Below are positions 10,696-20,432 of a stretch of DNA of 64,000 nt, in pieces; position 1 is the stretch's first letter, and the number at the start of each line of letters is the position of its first letter. The notes below the pieces were generated by a model, which worked only from the letters and a program-made list of their open reading frames with translations, was not told the origin of the DNA and searched no databases. The stretch is taken from assembly GCA_037137455.1 (NCBI GenBank), contig JBAXKG010000004.1, positions 36,127-100,126 of the forward strand. The letters are read 5' to 3'. This DNA is from Bacteroidota bacterium. Its GTDB lineage: Bacteria; Bacteroidota; Bacteroidia; Bacteroidales; FEN-979. The position numbers and the translations under genes are program-made.

Positions 10696-11544
10696 ATGGG
10701 TAATTTTTGGGCCCGGACCATTACGGGTTTGTCAATGGTGTTCATCTTGCTATCTGCACTCTGGTTCAGTGGCTGGGTTTTCATGATCGTTTTTCTTATC
10801 GTCAATATCCTCGGAATGTGGGAATTCTACGGGCTAATTGCAAAAGAACAATGCCAGCCGCAAAAATACTATGGAATCGCGGCAGGTACATTGTTATATC
10901 TGGCGACTGCCTTAACCAGTTTAATACCACATTCCCTCTCCGATCAGCCTTGGTTCAATTTAATTCCGTTTATCCTCCCAATTCCCCTTTTCTTCCTGTC
11001 ATTCATCATTGAAATATACAGGAAGAAACCTAATCCACTTGTTAATATTGCCATGACCACACTGGGGTTTTACTATATCGCAATTCCTTTCTCCTTATTT
11101 ATTTATTTTAACAATCCGAAAGCGCTTCACTTTTGGGGCATGCCGGTAATTTTAGTGGGTTATTTTATGCTTACCTGGATTTATGATACCTGCGCTTACA
11201 TTTTTGGAAAGCAGTTCGGAAAACACAAATTTTTTGAACGGATCTCCCCACAAAAAACCTGGGAAGGTACAATCGCCGGCAGCATTTGTACATTAATTTC
11301 GGCAGTTGGTCTTTATTTTCTTATCATCGATCTTCCGCTCGCCGACTGGCTGTCGATGGCCTGTATAGTGCTATTCTTTGGCACCCACGGGGATCTCGTG
11401 GAATCGCTCCTGAAGCGAAGCCTGAATATAAAAGATTCCGGGAACATAATTCCCGGACATGGAGGTATACTTGATCGTTTCGACACCATGCTTATTTCAG
11501 CGCCTTTTGTATTTTTGTATTTCTTTTTTAGACACGCTATCTGA
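10696..11544 (+). CDS. cdsA: phosphatidate cytidylyltransferase
   Basis: Polytopic membrane protein with the CdsA signature SLLKRSLNIKDSGNIIPGHGGILDRFD. Confidence 0.88.
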   Translation: MGNFWARTITGLSMVFILLSALWFSGWVFMIVFLIVNILGMWEFYGLIAKEQCQPQKYYGIAAGTLLYLATALTSLIPHSLSDQPWFNLIPFILPIPLFFLSFIIEIYRKKPNPLVNIAMTTLGFYYIAIPFSLFIYFNNPKALHFWGMPVILVGYFMLTWIYDTCAYIFGKQFGKHKFFERISPQKTWEGTIAGSICTLISAVGLYFLIIDLPLADWLSMACIVLFFGTHGDLVESLLKRSLNIKDSGNIIPGHGGILDRFDTMLISAPFVFLYFFFRHAI

Positions 11545-11550
11545 CTTCGC

Positions 11551-12210
11551 ATGACAATACACAGAGAAGGTTACAAGACCATAATTATCGCATTCTTATT
11601 TGTTGCAGCGGTACTTTTGGCATTCAATGATATTTTAGTTGGCCAAACCTGGTTTCATTACTCACTTTATGCAATTGGCCTCTGGTTTTTTATTATGATC
11701 GTGCGTTTTTTCCGATCTCCTAAACGCGAGTCAAATGGAGGGGAAAAGGTGATCCTATGTCCGGCCGATGGTAAAATTGTGGTCATAGAACGTACAATCG
11801 AGCATGAATATTTCAAGGATGAACGCATACAAGTTTCTATATTTATGTCAGCTACCAACGTACATGTCAATTGGTTCCCTTTGGCCGGGGAGATAGTCTA
11901 TTACTATTATCATCCGGGGAAACATATGGTGGCATTCAATCCCAAGGCTTCACTTGAGAATGAGCGTGCGACAACTGTAATTCAAACCAGCGATCATCGT
12001 AAAATCCTGGTCCGCCAGATTGCCGGGGCTATGGCCCGAAGAATTAAGTGTTATCCAAAGGTTGGTGAACCTGTTTTGCAAGGCGAGGAGCTTGGCTTTA
12101 TCAAATTCGGATCACGTGTTGACCTCCTGTTACCGGTGGATACGAAACTCGAAATCTCGCTAAACCAAAAGGTGATCGGCAAGCGGACCATCATCGGACA
12201 TTTGAGTTAA
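11551..12210 (+). CDS. psd: phosphatidylserine decarboxylase proenzyme (short type)
   Basis: 219 aa. Self-cleavage region FIKFGSRVDLLLP. Directly follows cdsA. Confidence 0.85.
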   Translation: MTIHREGYKTIIIAFLFVAAVLLAFNDILVGQTWFHYSLYAIGLWFFIMIVRFFRSPKRESNGGEKVILCPADGKIVVIERTIEHEYFKDERIQVSIFMSATNVHVNWFPLAGEIVYYYYHPGKHMVAFNPKASLENERATTVIQTSDHRKILVRQIAGAMARRIKCYPKVGEPVLQGEELGFIKFGSRVDLLLPVDTKLEISLNQKVIGKRTIIGHLS

Positions 12211-12217
12211 TATCAGA

Positions 12218-12877
12218 TTATTCTTCGAGGGCACGCTTAAGAAATGTATTTAACGGTTGCATTGCCTTGAAAACTATGCCAGCCAGTTCAATAAAGCGTT
12301 CTGAATTAATCATTTCATCCCTGACAGGGTATGAAACAGTATAATGCCGGTGCTTTAGAAAATCGATTTCGGGAAAATCTTTGGGAAAATCTTTAGGAGC
12401 CAACTTGGCTTTATCAATTTCTGCCAATCCATTGCAATATTTTTTAAGTTTCTTTTCATTTAAAATGGATGTGAATTCCGTCACATTATAATAAATCTCC
12501 TTTCTGATTTTTTTTAATTGATCCGGTTCAGGCATATAAACACCTGCTGCCAGAAATGAACCACCCGACTGAATGTGGATATAATAACCGGGTCCCGGAC
12601 TTTTTCTTCCGGCACGGGTAATCCATGCCCCCATATTGATTTTGTACGGGGATTTGTCTTTCGAGAACCTCACATCACGGAAGATTCGAAACATGCAATC
12701 TTTTGCCTCGACAAATTTCACAGCGCCATCAAACCTGGCGATTATCGCAACAACGGAGTTTACTACAGATTCAACCTCGAGTTTGGCTGCCTCATACTGA
12801 TTTTTGTTTGCCTGGAACCAATCACGGTTGTTATTTACCTCCAACTGAGAGAGGAATTCAAGTACCAGTTTATTCAT
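12218..12877 (-). CDS. DUF2461 (TIGR02453) family protein
   Basis: N-terminal LEVNNNRDWF and FRIFRDVRFSKDKSPYK are typical of the family. Confidence 0.75.
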   Translation of the reverse strand: MNKLVLEFLSQLEVNNNRDWFQANKNQYEAAKLEVESVVNSVVAIIARFDGAVKFVEAKDCMFRIFRDVRFSKDKSPYKINMGAWITRAGRKSPGPGYYIHIQSGGSFLAAGVYMPEPDQLKKIRKEIYYNVTEFTSILNEKKLKKYCNGLAEIDKAKLAPKDFPKDFPEIDFLKHRHYTVSYPVRDEMINSERFIELAGIVFKAMQPLNTFLKRALEE

Positions 12878-12895
12878 AGCATTAATCTTTTATAG

Positions 12896-12903
12896 CAAAA
12901 GTA
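12896..12903 (-). promoter_or_regulatory. -7 promoter box TACTTTTG (minus strand) for the DUF2461 gene
   Basis: The reverse complement of caaaagta, 19 nt upstream of the start at 12877. Confidence 0.45.
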
Positions 12904-12981
12904 CATGACATTTTGTTATTAAAAAATCTTCGGAACGTATTACCTTTTTCAAATTTCCCGATTAAGCAGTAAAATGGAGCT

Positions 12982-13806
12982 ATGAAAATTAAGGTTTCAG
13001 TCTGTATCCTGCTTTTTTTTATAAACATTACCGGATTCGCCATTGGCGAACATATTCCCGCAGGAGGACGTTCTTCAGCCATGGGTGGAACTTCTGTTGC
13101 AATAAGTGATTTCTGGTCAATATCAAACAATCAGGCCGGCGCTGCCTGGCTCAAGGGAGGCAGCGCCGGCCTTTATGTTGAAAATCATTTTATATTGAAG
13201 GAACTCATGTACCAGCAGATTGGTTTAGCCCTGTCACTGAAAGCAGGAACTTTCGGACTCATTATTAACCGTTTCGGAAATACCCGGTACAATGAAATAA
13301 AAGCAGGATTAAGCTATTCAAGAATGTTCGGAATGCATTTTTCAATGGGTGTGCAAATCGATTACCTGCGGATAAATATCAAAGATGAGTATGGCGCCAA
13401 GAATCTGTTATCTTTCGAAATCGGCCTCATGTATAAGGCCAATCAGCGCCTGAATATCGGAGTTCACCTGCTTAACCCCGTTCCGGTTAAAATCACAGCT
13501 TATCCAAAAGAACAATTACCTACCATAATCACTATCGGGCTTTCCTATCAGTTTTCAGATACATTCATTGCAACGATCGAAGCAGAGAAAGACCTGGAAC
13601 ATAAACCTCTTTTACGCGCCGGTGCAGAGTACCGTTTTGCAAGACTTTTTTATGCACGACTCGGGATATCGACCAACCCCATGTCATTCACTTTTGGATT
13701 TGGCCTTGAATTCGCAAGAATAAAAATGGACATTGCTTCGGAATATCATCAGGTTCTGGGCTTCAGCCCGTCTGTTTCTATCGTTTATTCAATCAGCAAA
13801 AAATAA
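12982..13806 (+). CDS. outer-membrane beta-barrel protein, PorV/PorQ-like
   Basis: Signal peptide. GGRSSAMGGTSVAISD...NQAGAA resembles the PorV/PorQ N-terminal motif. Alternating beta-strand pattern with a C-terminal aromatic strand. Confidence 0.45.
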   Translation: MKIKVSVCILLFFINITGFAIGEHIPAGGRSSAMGGTSVAISDFWSISNNQAGAAWLKGGSAGLYVENHFILKELMYQQIGLALSLKAGTFGLIINRFGNTRYNEIKAGLSYSRMFGMHFSMGVQIDYLRINIKDEYGAKNLLSFEIGLMYKANQRLNIGVHLLNPVPVKITAYPKEQLPTIITIGLSYQFSDTFIATIEAEKDLEHKPLLRAGAEYRFARLFYARLGISTNPMSFTFGFGLEFARIKMDIASEYHQVLGFSPSVSIVYSISKK

Positions 13807-13812
13807 GAAAAA

Positions 13813-15903
13813 ATGTCAACAAAGCATCAATCAATTTTAATCCTGGCTATATTTTCTGTTATTCCGATTGTGTTAGTCGGACAATCTGAATCTATTGACG
13901 ATCAGATCGAGAAATCAGCTGAAATTCTTGAAATGGATCACGATTACTCAGATATCGTTGAAGATTTTGCTGATCTGGCTGCAAAACCCGTAAATCTTAA
14001 TGAAGCGAAAGAAGAGGAGTTGAATGGCATTCCGTATTTATCAAAAGCTCAGCTCAAAGGCCTTATCGATTACCTGAAAACCTATGGTGAGGCGCTATCA
14101 ATTTATGAACTCCAATCCATACCTGGATTTGATTCTCTTTTGATCCAAAAAATCCAACCTTTTATTTCAATTTCGCCCCCTCCGCGCGTACCTGCCCTTA
14201 CTCCAAAGAATCTTATCAGATTCGGCCGTCATGATCTGCTTTTGCGCTATGGGCAGTCATTCCCAAAATCGAATGGTTACCGGGTCGATGATTCAACAAA
14301 GTCAAACAACATTAATTCATATTATCTGGGAAGTCCGCAACGATACTACTTCCGATATACATTTACCTGGTTTGATAAGATAAAGGTCGGCATTGCCGGC
14401 AAAAAAGACCCGGGAGAGCAATTCTTTCAGGGGGCACAATCTTCAGGTATGGATTTTTATACCGCCTTTCTGGGCTTAAGTAACATTGGGATACTGAAAA
14501 ACCTGATTATCGGAAACTTTCGGGCATCTTTTGGTCAGGGTCTTACTCTTGGCTCAGGACTGTCGCTTGGCTCTGTTCCCGGATTCTCAATGAGCATTCC
14601 TATGGCAACCGGTATCCGACCGGGCCTGGGAATAAATGAGGGATCCTATTTCAGGGGCCTGGCAGGAACTTTGAAAATCAAACATCTTGAAATAAGTGGA
14701 TTTGCATCCTACCATCCACGTGATGCGACAGTTACCCTCATTGATACAAGCTCTTTGGTAATTGAAGAGACCAGCTCGCTAATCACTTCCGGGTACCACA
14801 GAACACAATTGGAACTATCAAAAAGGAACGCTTTAACAGAATTGGTTTGCGGCGGGAATATCAACTTTAGTATGGCAATAAATCAGCAACTTGGCTTCAA
14901 AATCGGTTTAACTGGTTTTTACAATAAATACTCGGCAAAAGTGATTCCAAATATTTTCCCCTACAATCAGTTTGAGTTCAGCGGAAACCAAAACCTCAAT
15001 TTGGGTTTGGACTACCAATTACGATACAAAAGACTTTATATTTTTGGTGAGGTTAGCCGGAGCAAAAACAAAGGTATGGCGTGGCTCTCCGGTGCAACAA
15101 TAACTCCCGACCCAAGAATCTGTATAACTTTGATATACAGGAATTACCAACCAACTTACCAAAACCTGTTCTCTAATGCCTTCGGACAAAACAGCTTGAA
15201 TGCCAACGAATATGGAATCTATACCGCAATCAATGCGGCAATTCACCCGAAGTTCACTCTTTCGGGATATTTAGATCTTTTCAAATTTCCATGGCTGAAA
15301 TACCGTGTCGACTCCCCTACCAATGGTCAGGAATTCGGTGCAATGTTCTCATGGCAGGCTGCCAGAAATGTGTTTATCGGAGTAAGGTTTTATCAGAAAA
15401 ATGTAAAGAGAAATGGCCCGTCAGAGCAGGATCAGATCATTGAAAAGCTGGTTGACTACATAACAAGGAGCTACAGGTTAAGCATTGAATGGCTTACTGA
15501 ATCCCGGCTTATGTTAAAAACCCGTGTCGAAGTGAAGGAAACAGGTTTAACAGACAATCAACGCTCCTTCGGATATCTTGTTTATCAGGAGGCACAAATC
15601 AAATCGTTAAAATGGCTGGAGAATATCACGCTGCGTTTTGCACTATTCGATATTCCCGATTACACTTCAAGGATTTACGTATATGAGCCGCAGGTATTAT
15701 ACGGTTATTCAGTTCCGGCATATCAGGGTAAGGGTATCCGGGGCTGTATGTTGCTGAAATTCAACATCGGCAGAAAGATTGATTTTTGGTTGAAAGGAGG
15801 AATAACCTATTATACCGACCGGAATGAAGTTGGCACAGGGCTTGATATCACGGAAGGCAATATTCGCGGTGACTTTACCGGCCAAATGCTGATCAGGTTA
15901 TAA
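13813..15903 (+). CDS. helix-hairpin-helix (ComEA-like) domain protein with large C-terminal predicted beta-barrel
   Basis: Signal peptide. Tandem HhH-like segments (LNEAKEEELNGIPYLSKAQ..., IYELQSIPGFDSLL). About 550 aa of amphipathic beta pattern ending in ...MLIRL. Confidence 0.6.
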   Translation: MSTKHQSILILAIFSVIPIVLVGQSESIDDQIEKSAEILEMDHDYSDIVEDFADLAAKPVNLNEAKEEELNGIPYLSKAQLKGLIDYLKTYGEALSIYELQSIPGFDSLLIQKIQPFISISPPPRVPALTPKNLIRFGRHDLLLRYGQSFPKSNGYRVDDSTKSNNINSYYLGSPQRYYFRYTFTWFDKIKVGIAGKKDPGEQFFQGAQSSGMDFYTAFLGLSNIGILKNLIIGNFRASFGQGLTLGSGLSLGSVPGFSMSIPMATGIRPGLGINEGSYFRGLAGTLKIKHLEISGFASYHPRDATVTLIDTSSLVIEETSSLITSGYHRTQLELSKRNALTELVCGGNINFSMAINQQLGFKIGLTGFYNKYSAKVIPNIFPYNQFEFSGNQNLNLGLDYQLRYKRLYIFGEVSRSKNKGMAWLSGATITPDPRICITLIYRNYQPTYQNLFSNAFGQNSLNANEYGIYTAINAAIHPKFTLSGYLDLFKFPWLKYRVDSPTNGQEFGAMFSWQAARNVFIGVRFYQKNVKRNGPSEQDQIIEKLVDYITRSYRLSIEWLTESRLMLKTRVEVKETGLTDNQRSFGYLVYQEAQIKSLKWLENITLRFALFDIPDYTSRIYVYEPQVLYGYSVPAYQGKGIRGCMLLKFNIGRKIDFWLKGGITYYTDRNEVGTGLDITEGNIRGDFTGQMLIRL

Positions 15904-15920
15904 CAAAATTCAATATCAAC

Positions 15921-16478
15921 CTATTTAGGATGGTGATTGCCAATCTTGTTCAAGCCCTCCATTCCATGGATATTCATTCCCTTCGAAAGTTTTGAAACAG
16001 TCGAAAGGTCGATGCTACCGGTCAGGCTAAGTACAGCCACTTCGGTTTTATCCTTCATCAGCATAACCATTTCATTGATTTTGCCATTGGCATCCTGTTT
16101 TGTCATAAATTTTATATTCTTCCGACCTTCATTAACGGTCATAAGTTCCTTGTATTGATTCGCCGGGAAAACACCTGCGAATTCATTGTACACAGATACT
16201 GCCTTCACCATTTTGGTAGAATCAAAGGTGAAAGTCAGCACTTTGAGGCCGGTGAGCTGTTCCATCATTTTTTTTATTTCCACCATACTCGTGTCTTTTT
16301 TCTCACCTTGTCCCATTTGCATAAGCATTTGGAACATCTCTTTAGAAATATTCACGGAGGTAAAACCATCCTGACTGGCGTACTTTTCAAACACCTTATC
16401 GATTGGACTCTGGGCATTCAAAAGGAATGGAACCATCATGAATGCCACACAAACTAAACTTAACATAAATTTTTTCAT
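15921..16478 (-). CDS. DUF4252 domain protein
   Basis: Signal peptide, with family-like N-terminus IDKVFEKYASQDGFTSVNISKEMF. Lies downstream of the ECF sigma module. Confidence 0.6.
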   Translation of the reverse strand: MKKFMLSLVCVAFMMVPFLLNAQSPIDKVFEKYASQDGFTSVNISKEMFQMLMQMGQGEKKDTSMVEIKKMMEQLTGLKVLTFTFDSTKMVKAVSVYNEFAGVFPANQYKELMTVNEGRKNIKFMTKQDANGKINEMVMLMKDKTEVAVLSLTGSIDLSTVSKLSKGMNIHGMEGLNKIGNHHPK

Positions 16479-17056
16479 GGCTGTTTTGAATTAATGGACT
16501 GTTGTTGTATTTCGTCCGGGTTAATAATTATGGTTTGATACTGATAAAATCTATTAAAGAGTTGCAAATTGTTCATGGCCTTATTTACCATATTGAGATG
16601 TTCCATTTGTTTTAATCCGGCGTTGAAGTTCGATGAGAAAATCATCAGCGCTTCATTGGCTTCGGTGAATGCCAATTCTTGATTTGCCGTAAACTGTATA
16701 GGTGTTTCTTTTCTCAAAAAATCGTGCCTTAAGGTGAAAAATAAACCAATTAAAATTAAAATACTGGCTGCAATGCTTGTGATGAACACAAACCTGTTCC
16801 TGTGTTGATTCATGCTTTTGACCGGAACAGTAAAATGGGCTTCGGAAATCAGGTTGGTGATCTTTTGATCGAATTCCGGATCGGGGATTTCCTTATGGCT
16901 TTCTTCAGCAAAGAAACCGAACATCTTTTGATGCGACTTCAGCGTTTCAGGAAGGTCAGCCTTCAGGAAATATTCCCTTAGAAGCTTCTCCTCATGAAGG
17001 GTAGTATTACCTTCATAGTACTTTTCGAGCAATACCTCAATTTCGCTGGTATTCAT
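16475..17056 (-). CDS. putative anti-sigma factor (single-pass membrane protein)
   Basis: Starts at ATG 17056 (MNTSEIEVLLEKYYEG...) and overlaps the sigma gene stop by 20 nt. One TM segment (FVFITSIAASILILIGLFF). Confidence 0.45.
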   Translation of the reverse strand: MNTSEIEVLLEKYYEGNTTLHEEKLLREYFLKADLPETLKSHQKMFGFFAEESHKEIPDPEFDQKITNLISEAHFTVPVKSMNQHRNRFVFITSIAASILILIGLFFTLRHDFLRKETPIQFTANQELAFTEANEALMIFSSNFNAGLKQMEHLNMVNKAMNNLQLFNRFYQYQTIIINPDEIQQQSINSKQP

Positions 17057-17552
17057 ATATATTTGTTTTAGTAAGCAATTCACGAATACGTTTCCTGGCA
17101 CGCGACAAAGCCACCCGGATCGCATTTTCGTTCATATCTGTAATTTCAGCGATCTCTCCAAATTCGTACCCTTCTATATCCCTGAGATGAACTATCATTT
17201 GCTGCTGTTCAGGCAGCAATTTTATGGCCTGATGAATTTCATGGATAATATCTGAGTTATCAACTTTTGTCTCATCAGGCATGCTTTCAATAAACTGGCG
17301 ATGGTCCTCCATTTTCTCGACAGGGTAACGCCTGGACTTAATTTTGTCAAGGCATAAATTTTTTGTTGTGATCATGGCCAGCGCCTCCACGCTCCTGTAT
17401 TCATTTAGTTTCTCACGTTTGTTCCACAGTTTTATGAATACTTCCTGAACGATATCCTCTGCCGCTTCAGTCTGATCAAGCATGCGCTTGGCAAAGCGGA
17501 AAAGTTTGTTTTTCAGCGGATATATCTTTAACTGAAATTCCTGGATATCCAT
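17037..17552 (-). CDS. ECF-type RNA polymerase sigma-70 factor
   Basis: Region 2 (DIVQEVFIKLW) and region 4 (EIAEITDMNENAIRVALSRARKRI). 171 aa. Confidence 0.85.
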   Translation of the reverse strand: MDIQEFQLKIYPLKNKLFRFAKRMLDQTEAAEDIVQEVFIKLWNKREKLNEYRSVEALAMITTKNLCLDKIKSRRYPVEKMEDHRQFIESMPDETKVDNSDIIHEIHQAIKLLPEQQQMIVHLRDIEGYEFGEIAEITDMNENAIRVALSRARKRIRELLTKTNIYEYQRN

Positions 17553-17656
17553 ATGTGGAATGAGACGATGATCAGGTTATTTTATTACACCATACCAAAA
17601 TAATATGTAAAAAACTCTATCTGATTATGATAGCTTGCATGGTATGCAAATTTGAT

Positions 17657-17664
17657 TATTTTTG
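17657..17664 (+). promoter_or_regulatory. -7 promoter box TATTTTTG upstream of the POT transporter
   Basis: Exact TAnnTTTG 50 nt upstream of ATG 17714. Confidence 0.35.
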
Positions 17665-17713
17665 CAATGTACATCTACGATAATCCAATGTTTATTCACT
17701 AAAACCAACATTT

Positions 17714-19360
17714 ATGTTTAAAGGACATCCTAAAGGGCTCTATGTAGCATTTTTTGCCAATATGGGAGAGCGTTTCGGCTTCTATACCATGATGGCCATC
17801 CTGGTACTTTTTCTCCAGGCAAAATTTAATCTGACAACCGAAAACGCTGGTTACATCTACAGCGTATTTTATTTTTCTATATATGCGCTGGCTTTGCTGG
17901 GTGGTTTTATTGCCGACCGTTCGCAAAATTACAAAGGAACTATCATGATTGGCCAGGTCGTAATGTTTGCCGGTTACTTGCTTATGGCCATACCGGGCAT
18001 GGGTCTACCCTTTACCCTGCTTGGACTTTTCACTATCGCCTTTGGGAACGGACTCTTTAAAGGTAATCTACAGGCATTGGTTGGACAGATGTACGACAAT
18101 GAAAAATACAGTAAGCTCAGGGATTCTGCATACAGTGTATTTTACATGGGGATAAACATCGGGGCTTTTTTTGCACCAAGCGCTGCGCGCGGCGTACGCA
18201 GCTGGTGGTTGAACTCTCATGGATTTAATTATGATCCGGACTTGCCCGCGCTTTGTCACCGAATGATTGGCGGTTCACTTCCCGACACCTCCAAACTTCA
18301 GGAACTCGCCAATAAAGCTACTACAACCGGAACGCCTGTCTCTGACCTTATGACTTTTGCTCAGGATTATGTTCAGGTGTTTTCGACGGGATATAATTAC
18401 GCTTTTGGAGTTGCAGCGCTTGCCATGATCGTTTCGCTGGTCATTTACCTGATCTTTAAAACTCATTTACCCGACCGTAAAGCGATGGTGAAAAAAGATG
18501 CCTCCATTATTCAAATGCCATGGGTTGAAGAGAAAAAACGACTGATTGCCCTGGGGCTCGTTTTCCTCGTTGTGATATTCTTCTGGATGTCTTTCCACCA
18601 GAACGGATTAACGCTGACCCTTTTTGCCCGCGATTATACCGATAAACAAGTGGGACCCCTTACATATATATTTTTCTATTTACCTGCATTTCTCTCACTC
18701 ATAGGAGCTATTTTTGGAATTATGATGATTGCCAAAAAAGAGGTAAAAACCATAACCCGGGCTTTAGGTGGAGCGCTTTTGCTTTTAGGAGGAGGATCAC
18801 TTTATTATTTCTATTCCACATTCAAGGTCGAAAACATGATCGAGCCCGAGATCTTCCAACAATTTAACCCAATCATGATCGTTTTCCTGACCCCGGTAGT
18901 TGTCGGACTTTTTGCATTCCTGCGCAAACGCAATATCGAACCATCAACACCGCGTAAAATCGGGATTGGGATGATCCTGGCCGCAATCGGATTCATACTT
19001 ATTATGTTTACTTCATTTGGACTGCTATCGCCTGCCGACCTTAATGGAGATCCTGCTCCCGACAGAGTTTCTCCCTACTGGTTAATCAGCACTTATCTGG
19101 TGCTCACATTTGCAGAATTATTCCTCAGTCCGATGGGATTGTCGTTTGTGTCGAAAGTGGCGCCACCCCGTTTCCAGGGACTGATGCAGGGTGGATGGTT
19201 AGCTGCAACCGCTGTTGGCAACTCATTACTTTTCGTGGGCACGATTGCTTATTCACGATTGGAACTGTGGCAGGCATGGCTGATATTTGTTGTATGTTGC
19301 CTTCTTGCAGCAGGGTTTATCTTTTCAATTATGAAACGGTTAGAGTCTGTGACGAAGTAA
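17714..19360 (+). CDS. POT/PTR2-family di/tripeptide:proton symporter
   Basis: N-terminal HPKGLYVAFFANMGERFGFY motif. About 14 TM segments. 548 aa. Confidence 0.9.
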   Translation: MFKGHPKGLYVAFFANMGERFGFYTMMAILVLFLQAKFNLTTENAGYIYSVFYFSIYALALLGGFIADRSQNYKGTIMIGQVVMFAGYLLMAIPGMGLPFTLLGLFTIAFGNGLFKGNLQALVGQMYDNEKYSKLRDSAYSVFYMGINIGAFFAPSAARGVRSWWLNSHGFNYDPDLPALCHRMIGGSLPDTSKLQELANKATTTGTPVSDLMTFAQDYVQVFSTGYNYAFGVAALAMIVSLVIYLIFKTHLPDRKAMVKKDASIIQMPWVEEKKRLIALGLVFLVVIFFWMSFHQNGLTLTLFARDYTDKQVGPLTYIFFYLPAFLSLIGAIFGIMMIAKKEVKTITRALGGALLLLGGGSLYYFYSTFKVENMIEPEIFQQFNPIMIVFLTPVVVGLFAFLRKRNIEPSTPRKIGIGMILAAIGFILIMFTSFGLLSPADLNGDPAPDRVSPYWLISTYLVLTFAELFLSPMGLSFVSKVAPPRFQGLMQGGWLAATAVGNSLLFVGTIAYSRLELWQAWLIFVVCCLLAAGFIFSIMKRLESVTK

Positions 19361-19388
19361 GCATTATTTTATTACTTATTATCTTTGT

Positions 19389-19421
19389 CCGGCGAAGTCA
19401 TTACTTCGCCGGATTTTTTTT
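19389..19421 (+). terminator. intrinsic terminator after the POT transporter gene
   Basis: 10-bp GC-rich stem CCGGCGAAGT-CATT-ACTTCGCCGG followed by ATTTTTTTT. Confidence 0.8.
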
Positions 19422-19430
19422 GAAAGTCGA

Positions 19431-20432
19431 ATGTCGAATATTGAAAAGTTTCCCTGGGGCCATCACCGCCGTTTCAATTCATATACGGAACACATCCGCA
19501 AAACGTTTGGCGGAAGGATGCAAAAGGTAGTAGTGGATGCCGGATTTACATGTCCCAACCGTGATGGTACCAAAGGCGTTGGAGGTTGCACATATTGTGA
19601 CAACAATGCTTTTAATCCCTCATACTGTAACCCCAATGAACCTCTGCATAGTCAGATCGCCAAAGGAATCAGTTTTCATCTGGTACGTTATCGCAAGGCT
19701 TCGAAGTACCTGGTTTACTTCCAGCCTTACAGCAATACGTATGCACCTTTGTCAAAGTTAAAGGAGTTGTACGAAGAGGCGTTGAACTTTCCGGGTGTGA
19801 CAGGGCTGGTACTTGGCACACGGCCCGATTGCATTGATGATGCCACCCTTGAGTACCTTAAGGAATTATCGGAAAGAGCCTACATCCAGATTGAATATGG
19901 CGTTGAATCTTGTTTTGATAAAACATTGGAACGGATTAACCGTCAACACAACTTTGCCTTGAGCAAGGAAATGATCTGCAAGACACATGACTTTGGAATA
20001 AAAACCGGAGCGCATTTAATTTTCGGGCTTCCCGGGGAAACGGAGGAGGAAATGTTATCTTTTGCAGAACTTATTTCCGGATTGCCGCTTGATTCAGTCA
20101 AGTTTCACCAGCTGCAAATTGTAAAGGGGACAGCTATGGAACATGAATTCAACGAGATGCCCGGAGATTTTTTTCAATTCACGCTGGAAGGGTATGTCGG
20201 ATTTATTGTCAAATTCATTGAGCGGCTAAATCCTGATATTGTCATCGAAAGGTTTTCAGGAGAAATCCCGCCAAGGTTTATGGGATCAAACGATTCAGCT
20301 TCAGAGGAGAATTTGTTCCCATTTAAACAACAACCTCAACGATGGGGGTTAATAAGATACGATGCAGTGCTAAGGTTAATTGAAAAAGAGCTCGAACGAC
20401 AAAATACCTGGCAGGGAAAATATTATATGTGA
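19431..20432 (+). CDS. TIGR01212-family radical SAM protein
   Basis: FTCPNRDGTKGVGGCTYCDN Cys motif and overall family architecture. 333 aa. Confidence 0.85.
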   Translation: MSNIEKFPWGHHRRFNSYTEHIRKTFGGRMQKVVVDAGFTCPNRDGTKGVGGCTYCDNNAFNPSYCNPNEPLHSQIAKGISFHLVRYRKASKYLVYFQPYSNTYAPLSKLKELYEEALNFPGVTGLVLGTRPDCIDDATLEYLKELSERAYIQIEYGVESCFDKTLERINRQHNFALSKEMICKTHDFGIKTGAHLIFGLPGETEEEMLSFAELISGLPLDSVKFHQLQIVKGTAMEHEFNEMPGDFFQFTLEGYVGFIVKFIERLNPDIVIERFSGEIPPRFMGSNDSASEENLFPFKQQPQRWGLIRYDAVLRLIEKELERQNTWQGKYYM

